DNA of 64,000 bases, from the sequence record NC_027349.1; one strand, written 5' to 3'. How positions within the stretch are numbered: the first letter of the stretch is position 1; the number at the start of each line of letters is the position of its first letter. Positions 59,210-64,000 of the stretch are shown one piece after another. The position numbers and the translations under genes were made by a program. Below the pieces are notes generated by a model that saw only the letters and a program-made list of their open reading frames with translations, made no database searches and was not told the origin of the DNA. The DNA comes from Escherichia phage HY01.

Positions 59210-60666
59210 AGACCAGTTACCTCATGAAAATCACCAAATACATCCTCGAATGTATTAGCTTTAGTTTTATCTTCACGTAAACGAATCACAATCGGAAGAA
59301 ATAATTTAACGTAATCAGTGCGGCCATCAGATTTTAACCAACCATTGCATTCGCACTCTAGAATTTTTCCAATATAATAATTTTGGTTTTCCATAATGCG
59401 AGTACGGTCAAGTTCATGCGATTTTACACCGGCTTTATCTTTTAAACCTGAACCAGCATTTACTTTAATTTTTCCACACTCTGATTCAAGAATAAATCCA
59501 CCTGCTTTAGTAGGGTCTTTACGGTGAGGATAAATTCCTACAATTTTTAAATCAACATCAATTACTTCTTTAAATTTATAAAGATTTTTTGAACGAGCAT
59601 TTTCCCACAATCCATCGGTATTTTTGAGAATAATACCTTCAAGACCTTGGTCAATATACTTTTTATAAATTACCTTAGCTTCATCTAGGTTATTTACTAC
59701 TTGGTTTTCAATTAAAATTACTTTATCATATCCTGATGTCATTTGTTCTAGTTTAGAAAACCGTACATCATATTTTAAACGAAACGCCGGAAGACCGTAT
59801 ATTTCTACTAACGGGACATAATCCCAGACCTGAAACTTCATACATTGAGCTTCTTTTTCTGAAATAGTTCCCTTTAAAGATTTATTGGCAATTCCATTAG
59901 AAGTAGTACGAGATTCCGCTACTTCGGCAAACTCTTTAGCTTTACTGATTTCAGGAGCATCAAAAAGAAAATCTAGGCCTTCTGGTTCCTTTTTAACTTG
60001 CTCATGGTATACCAATTCGCCATCAATTAACACACCTTCTGGATGAATCTGGCGGGCTTCTGCGGTCATTTTGATTAATTCTTCTTTAAGAAGATCTAAT
60101 CCTAGATATTCATTACCAGCTCGTGATAAAAGACGAACATCATCTAATTCATCACCTCTAACTTCAGCAAAACACCGGGCTCCATCTGCTTTTAACTGTG
60201 CAAAGGCTGGAAATTTGATATTCTTACTAATGCCTTTTTCATCATAAGAACTTGCCAGCATTTGAGGTTGTTCAGGAATTAAACCTGGCCAAACTTTATT
60301 TGCAATAGATACCGAAGCACCGCATTCGAGGTCTCGCATCATAACTCGACGCAAAACTTCAACATCATCCTTTTTACCATCAGTGATATATCCAGTTAAT
60401 TCCTCAATTGCAGCATTTCCAGTCAATTTCCGAGTAGCTAACGTGAATTCAATGAAGTCAAGCATATCGGTAATAGTCAGCATTCCAAAACTCTGAGTAG
60501 CAATACCAGGTTTAGGCCATTTCTTGATATAATACTGTAACCCACGAGAATAAGTCAGACGATATACTCGTTTAAGCAATTCGTTATCTTTATTCCTTTC
60601 AAGAATTGCTTGCTTCTGCTTAGTTGATCCAATAGATGCTATTTCATTCAGAATTTTAAGAATCAT
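59206..60666 (-). CDS. 30: ATP-dependent DNA ligase (gp30; 486 aa)
   Basis: adenylation motif KADGAR; sequence recalled as T4 DNA ligase. Confidence 0.95.
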   Translation of the reverse strand: MILKILNEIASIGSTKQKQAILERNKDNELLKRVYRLTYSRGLQYYIKKWPKPGIATQSFGMLTITDMLDFIEFTLATRKLTGNAAIEELTGYITDGKKDDVEVLRRVMMRDLECGASVSIANKVWPGLIPEQPQMLASSYDEKGISKNIKFPAFAQLKADGARCFAEVRGDELDDVRLLSRAGNEYLGLDLLKEELIKMTAEARQIHPEGVLIDGELVYHEQVKKEPEGLDFLFDAPEISKAKEFAEVAESRTTSNGIANKSLKGTISEKEAQCMKFQVWDYVPLVEIYGLPAFRLKYDVRFSKLEQMTSGYDKVILIENQVVNNLDEAKVIYKKYIDQGLEGIILKNTDGLWENARSKNLYKFKEVIDVDLKIVGIYPHRKDPTKAGGFILESECGKIKVNAGSGLKDKAGVKSHELDRTRIMENQNYYIGKILECECNGWLKSDGRTDYVKLFLPIVIRLREDKTKANTFEDVFGDFHEVTGL

Positions 60667-60932
60667 TGTTCATCCTTCAGAGTTTGATTTACATTTCTAT
60701 TATAAATCAATTCATCATTAAGCTCAGGCAAAGACCTGTGATATGTAGTTCTAACTTTATTTCCTTGCATCCAATGCTTGATATAAATGAAACCTTGCTC
60801 TACACATTTTTTAAAAATTCGTTCGTCTTTTTGAGCTCGGAATTCTGGATTGCATCTAAAAAATTGATTTACGTGACCGTAATCACGTGTAGTATTACCT
60901 TCATTTTCATAAATAGTGTGAACGACAAACAT
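60663..60932 (-). CDS. hypothetical protein (89 aa; 30.1 position)
   Basis: ORF, coupled overlaps. Confidence 0.6.
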   Translation of the reverse strand: MFVVHTIYENEGNTTRDYGHVNQFFRCNPEFRAQKDERIFKKCVEQGFIYIKHWMQGNKVRTTYHRSLPELNDELIYNRNVNQTLKDEQ

Positions 60933-61795
60933 TAGAATGCTCCTTGGAAAATATTATCACCACTAGTAAATCTATTAAAATACCCTGCATCACCAGGCTT
61001 AGTATAACTCCACGTATGGAATGGATTCATATGATACGGGTGTGTATAATATGGATTATATGGATGTGTATAATATGGATTATACGGATTAAATCCAGGA
61101 GTTCTCCAGGTAGTGTTCCAAGGAAAAGAATCGGTTTTAACCATCTTCTCAATTACATCTTTTATAGCTTTTTCACTATCAAAACTTTCTTTATTTTCCT
61201 TCGGTGAAAAAAGCTTATTTTCTACATCATTCCATGTATAAACTCGCTGAGCGGTTTTTGGAATATTATCACGCTCTCCTCGAGCCATCCAATAAACAGG
61301 AACATTTAATATTTCACTCGCGTGGTCGCAGTGGTGAGCGAGATCGTCAATATAACAAATTACGTTATATTTCTCTTTTGCCTTTTTGAACAACTCTTCT
61401 TTTGAAGAATCATGACCACACATCATTACTTCTGAGAAGGCACCAGGAAAAAGAGCATTCAAATTAAATTGACGATTTAATAGAGCATCAATAGAATCAC
61501 CCAATGCTGTAACAGCTACAAAATTATAATCTTCTTTTAATTTGTTAATTACACACAGGGCATCTTTATATGGAGACAAGTAACGAATAAAATCTGATCG
61601 ATTGTATTTTTCAATTAACTTGACACCAAGTTCTTCATCACAATTAAAGAGTTTACCTGGAGAAATAAATTTCTCATCTTGGATCATTTTTAAAATATGT
61701 TCTAACGGAAGATTATATTTCTGAGCAAAATAAGGAAGACCTGATTGCCAGCTTAAACATACTCCATCAATATCAGTTAAAATAGTAGGCTTCAT
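60932..61795 (-). CDS. HAD-superfamily-like hydrolase with Tyr/Pro-rich repetitive C-terminal tail (287 aa; 30.2 position)
   Basis: N-terminal DIDGV (HAD motif I DxDG) and later DD motif; C-terminus NPYNPYYTHPYNPYYTHPYHMNPFHTW. Confidence 0.6.
   Translation of the reverse strand: MKPTILTDIDGVCLSWQSGLPYFAQKYNLPLEHILKMIQDEKFISPGKLFNCDEELGVKLIEKYNRSDFIRYLSPYKDALCVINKLKEDYNFVAVTALGDSIDALLNRQFNLNALFPGAFSEVMMCGHDSSKEELFKKAKEKYNVICYIDDLAHHCDHASEILNVPVYWMARGERDNIPKTAQRVYTWNDVENKLFSPKENKESFDSEKAIKDVIEKMVKTDSFPWNTTWRTPGFNPYNPYYTHPYNPYYTHPYHMNPFHTWSYTKPGDAGYFNRFTSGDNIFQGAF
61037..61084 (-). repeat. tandem 24-bp duplication inside the HAD-like gene (plus strand GTGTGTATAATATGGATTATA x2)
   Basis: two adjacent near-identical 24-nt units encoding repeated NPYYTHPY. 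Confidence 0.8.
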
Positions 61796-62256
61796 AGAGA
61801 GTCTCTTAATAGGTTTAACACATCAATAAATTCAGCTTCAGTTAGTATTGTATCATCTTTTGTTAGACCACTAGCCATGCTGTGCTTCAAAACTTTTCCT
61901 TTCGAGGCTTGTAATGCATCGCGAAAGCCCCTGTTTTGGAACGCTGCTTCAAAATATGCATTTGTGTATAGCTCTTTCCACGCCGGGGAGTATCTTGAAA
62001 ACGGAACTCCAAGCCAGAACAATGTGCCACGGTCCTGAGCTCTTGCATAAGCTCGTCCAGCTTTTTGTGCGTCCAACCCGGACATCCCAAATATACGTCT
62101 TTGCTGTTCAACATTTTTCACCTTACATCCTTGGAGGAATCCTTCGAGACCTCCAAATTGGATACCATCCATAACGAAAGGCCATTGGGCAAAATTGCTT
62201 AATGCACATGATGGCCATCTAAAATTGCTTCTAATCTCTAACTCAGACATTTTCAA
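61792..62256 (-). CDS. NADAR (YbiA/DUF1768)-like protein (154 aa; 30.3 position)
   Basis: LSNFAQWP...DG...EGFLQGCK resembles the YbiA signature FSNFAAWP...DG...EHYFQAQK; C-terminal LNLLRDSL resembles YbiA LMELREQL (from memory, no search). Confidence 0.5.
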   Translation of the reverse strand: MKMSELEIRSNFRWPSCALSNFAQWPFVMDGIQFGGLEGFLQGCKVKNVEQQRRIFGMSGLDAQKAGRAYARAQDRGTLFWLGVPFSRYSPAWKELYTNAYFEAAFQNRGFRDALQASKGKVLKHSMASGLTKDDTILTEAEFIDVLNLLRDSL

Positions 62257-62449
62257 TACTTATAATTTCAACATCAGCCCAATGACCATAGCAAGGAAGA
62301 CGAAATTCAACTGGCCAGTTAGGGTCCTTTTCTAATATAATAGACTTAACTTGTGGTTCTTCATGTTCATCGGTATACGGACCTTTATACGTTACTTTAT
62401 ATGTGACCTTAATGTACTGAATTCCAAAAATCTTATTAATTATATTCAT
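62243..62449 (-). CDS. hypothetical protein (68 aa)
   Basis: ORF, overlapping neighbours. Confidence 0.5.
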   Translation of the reverse strand: MNIINKIFGIQYIKVTYKVTYKGPYTDEHEEPQVKSIILEKDPNWPVEFRLPCYGHWADVEIISIENV

Positions 62450-62643
62450 ACTAATTCCTTTAATCCATAGATAGGAGATAATTCATCACCCATACGAAGG
62501 TCTTCATTTCCATCTACCCAGGAAACAATATAAGCTTCTTTTATTTGAACGTCTCTCCATTTAAATGCAGGCAAAACCTTAGAAATTAATCCAGGTATAC
62601 CGACTCCCTTTAATTCAACAGTTTGACCTAAAAAGAATTTCAT
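62446..62643 (-). CDS. hypothetical protein (65 aa)
   Basis: ORF, overlapping neighbours. Confidence 0.5.
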   Translation of the reverse strand: MKFFLGQTVELKGVGIPGLISKVLPAFKWRDVQIKEAYIVSWVDGNEDLRMGDELSPIYGLKELV

Positions 62644-62930
62644 TAGAACCTCATCTGAAAACCATGCGATTTAACATTACCACCACCAATGTCAGAAATA
62701 TTAATTTCACGCGCAATTGAAGGGTCAATGTCAATTTCACGGTTGAGTTTAGTGATAGCTAGAGTATCACGCCCATTTACAGTACGGAACTCTAAAGGGC
62801 AGACTACATTGACGTAGTTTTTAATCGATTCACTGGTAGGCTGCAAATGAACAGGAAGGTCTTTAGGCGCCTTTGAGAAAACCACTTCACAGAAATTTTT
62901 GCGGGTATCAAAATAAGTAGTCATAAACAT
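62643..62930 (-). CDS. hypothetical protein (about 95 aa from ATG at 62930; track start 62981 is TTG)
   Basis: GAGGAAA RBS before the internal ATG; hairpin at 62947-62962 just upstream. Confidence 0.5.
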   Translation of the reverse strand: MFMTTYFDTRKNFCEVVFSKAPKDLPVHLQPTSESIKNYVNVVCPLEFRTVNGRDTLAITKLNREIDIDPSIAREINISDIGGGNVKSHGFQMRF

Positions 62931-62946
62931 AGTATTTTCCTCAGTA

Positions 62947-62962
62947 AGGGGCCGAAGCCCCT
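62947..62962 (-). terminator. hairpin AGGGGC-CGAA-GCCCCT
   Basis: same sequence family as 1827-1848 and 42506-42521. Confidence 0.45.
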
Positions 62963-62970
62963 GTTTTATT

Positions 62971-63336
62971 TTAAATATCAAATTCGTTAAGAACTACATC
63001 AAAGATTGCTTCAAGATGCTCAGGTTTAGCTCTGTTACTCAAAATATGACGAATCCAAGTTTTAACCAGAAGCTTACGATTGACGCCATTCCAGCAAGGA
63101 TGAGTACCTAAATCACGTTGACGGAAATCATCATCCAGAGCGATTTTGAAGTTGGAGCCTTCCATTGTGATTGAAACCGTGATGCCATTTTCAAATCGCA
63201 TATAAACGTAGTTAGGAGTCATATACTGTTCAATTTCGCATACTGATCCATTTTGATGTTTCCAAAGGCAAATAGTATCAATAGAACCTGCAATACCATT
63301 AGAAACATATTTACGTTCAAAGTTGATGTAGTTCAT
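62971..63336 (-). CDS. hypothetical protein (121 aa from ATG at 63336)
   Basis: GGAGAATAAA RBS cassette. Confidence 0.55.
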   Translation of the reverse strand: MNYINFERKYVSNGIAGSIDTICLWKHQNGSVCEIEQYMTPNYVYMRFENGITVSITMEGSNFKIALDDDFRQRDLGTHPCWNGVNRKLLVKTWIRHILSNRAKPEHLEAIFDVVLNEFDI

Positions 63337-63403
63337 TTTATTCTCCAAGATGTTTAATTGCGGTACAGGTATATAATATCATATCCTGTACCAAAGTAAA
63401 CAA

Positions 63404-63736
63404 TTATTTTACTACTTTCCAATGCTTCATGTCAAGTTTGCCAACTTTTTTCATCTTCTCAATTAAGCGTTCAGCACGTTGGCGAGCTGTAACATAATAC
63501 CATTCACCTAATTCATTTTGTTCAATTTTTCCAACGATTACTGTATTCAATTCATAAATCCAACCAGTAAAGAAATTATGAACTTGAATTGTAAAGGTGA
63601 AATCTGTTCCCATACCTTCTGTTGTTTCTACTTCAATAATATCACCTTCAACTGCCATTAAGAACCACATAGTTTCATCATATTTACCATTGAAGCATTT
63701 AGTTTTAACTGTAGCGTTCAGATTAATCGTTTTCAT
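63404..63736 (-). CDS. hypothetical protein (110 aa)
   Basis: ATG with AAGGAGAATAAA RBS and early promoter cassette upstream. Confidence 0.6.
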   Translation of the reverse strand: MKTINLNATVKTKCFNGKYDETMWFLMAVEGDIIEVETTEGMGTDFTFTIQVHNFFTGWIYELNTVIVGKIEQNELGEWYYVTARQRAERLIEKMKKVGKLDMKHWKVVK

Positions 63737-63763
63737 TTTATTCTCCTTTGTTTGTGTAAGATA

Positions 63764-63793
63764 ATACTATCACAAAGGAACTATACTGTAAAC
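63764..63793 (-). promoter_or_regulatory. early-type promoter cassette (-35 GTTTAC, 18-nt spacer, -10 TAGTAT)
   Basis: minus strand GCACAAAGTTGTTTACA...GTGATAGTATTA, directly downstream of the hairpin at 63824-63841. Confidence 0.55.
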
Positions 63794-63823
63794 AACTTTG
63801 TGCAATCTTTGGAAAATAAAAAA

Positions 63824-63841
63824 GGACTCCCGAAGGAGTCC
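63824..63841 (-). terminator. hairpin GGACTCC-TTCG-GGAGTCC followed by T6 on the minus strand
   Basis: perfect 7-bp stem plus U-tract. Confidence 0.65.
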
Positions 63842-63847
63842 TCAACT

Positions 63848-64000
63848 TATGCTTTCTGCTTACCAAAACGAGAAGCATCATCTCGAAGAACCGCACGTGC
63901 TCGGCGCATGATCTTCTCAACAGTTTGATTGATACGAGAGTTCGACCCACGCTTGTAACCAGCGCGTTTAGAATCACCAACTTTCTTTTCAACTGCTTTC
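63848..64000 (-). CDS. 3-prime end of a gene continuing beyond the window (C-terminus ...RINQTVEKIMRRARAVLRDDASRFGKQKA)
   Basis: open frame to the window edge with stop at 63848-63850; basic C-terminal peptide; identity not established. Confidence 0.45.

Noticed and set aside
60691-60725. Possible middle promoter for ligase (GCTTAA, 13 nt, TATAAT on the minus strand)
   Set aside because: The MotA box matches only 5 of 7 positions; too weak to annotate without transcript data.
63738-63992. 84-aa minus-strand ORF at the window end
   Set aside because: It reads through a strong terminator hairpin and the promoter cassette; the better-supported reading is a gene 3-prime end stopping at 63848 in a different frame.

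Overview
This window is a contiguous segment of a T4-like (T-even) myovirus genome, in the same orientation as the T4 map. No database search was run; gene calls rest on recalled T4 protein lengths and sequences, motifs visible in the translations, and synteny. Layout: (1) 17-4036, a minus-strand accessory block of eight small genes, including three tandem paralogous 2-TM membrane proteins and a capsid-targeting-sequence (CTS) internal-protein-like gene; (2) 4090-6190, a stable-RNA operon with nine tRNA genes (Arg, Asn, Tyr, Ile/Met-CAU, Thr, Ser, Gly, Leu, Gln), a tRNA-like small RNA, one protein gene and a GIY-YIG homing endonuclease between tRNA-Ser and tRNA-Gly; (3) 6288-7512, the ipI locus; (4) 7585-54434, the conserved morphogenesis block (57B/57A, 1, 3, 2, 4, baseplate 53-5-5.4-6-7-8-9-10-11-12, wac, 13-15, terminase 16/17, sheath 18, tube 19, portal 20, 67/68, 21, 22, 23, 24, rnlB, hoc, inh, uvsW, uvsY, 25, 26, 51, 27, 28, 29, 48, 54) with late promoters (TATAAATA) and GC-rich hairpin terminators; (5) 54463-59209, two tandem Alt-like ADP-ribosyltransferase genes; (6) 59206-64000, DNA ligase (30) and small 30.x-type genes, including HAD-like and NADAR-like proteins. 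I found no clearly foreign or new multi-gene system. The points most worth follow-up are the tandem Alt paralogs next to a NADAR-like protein, a repeated early-promoter/RBS cassette and twin hairpins bracketing internal-protein genes, the paralogous membrane-protein trio, and a tRNA set that differs from the T4 set as I recall it.
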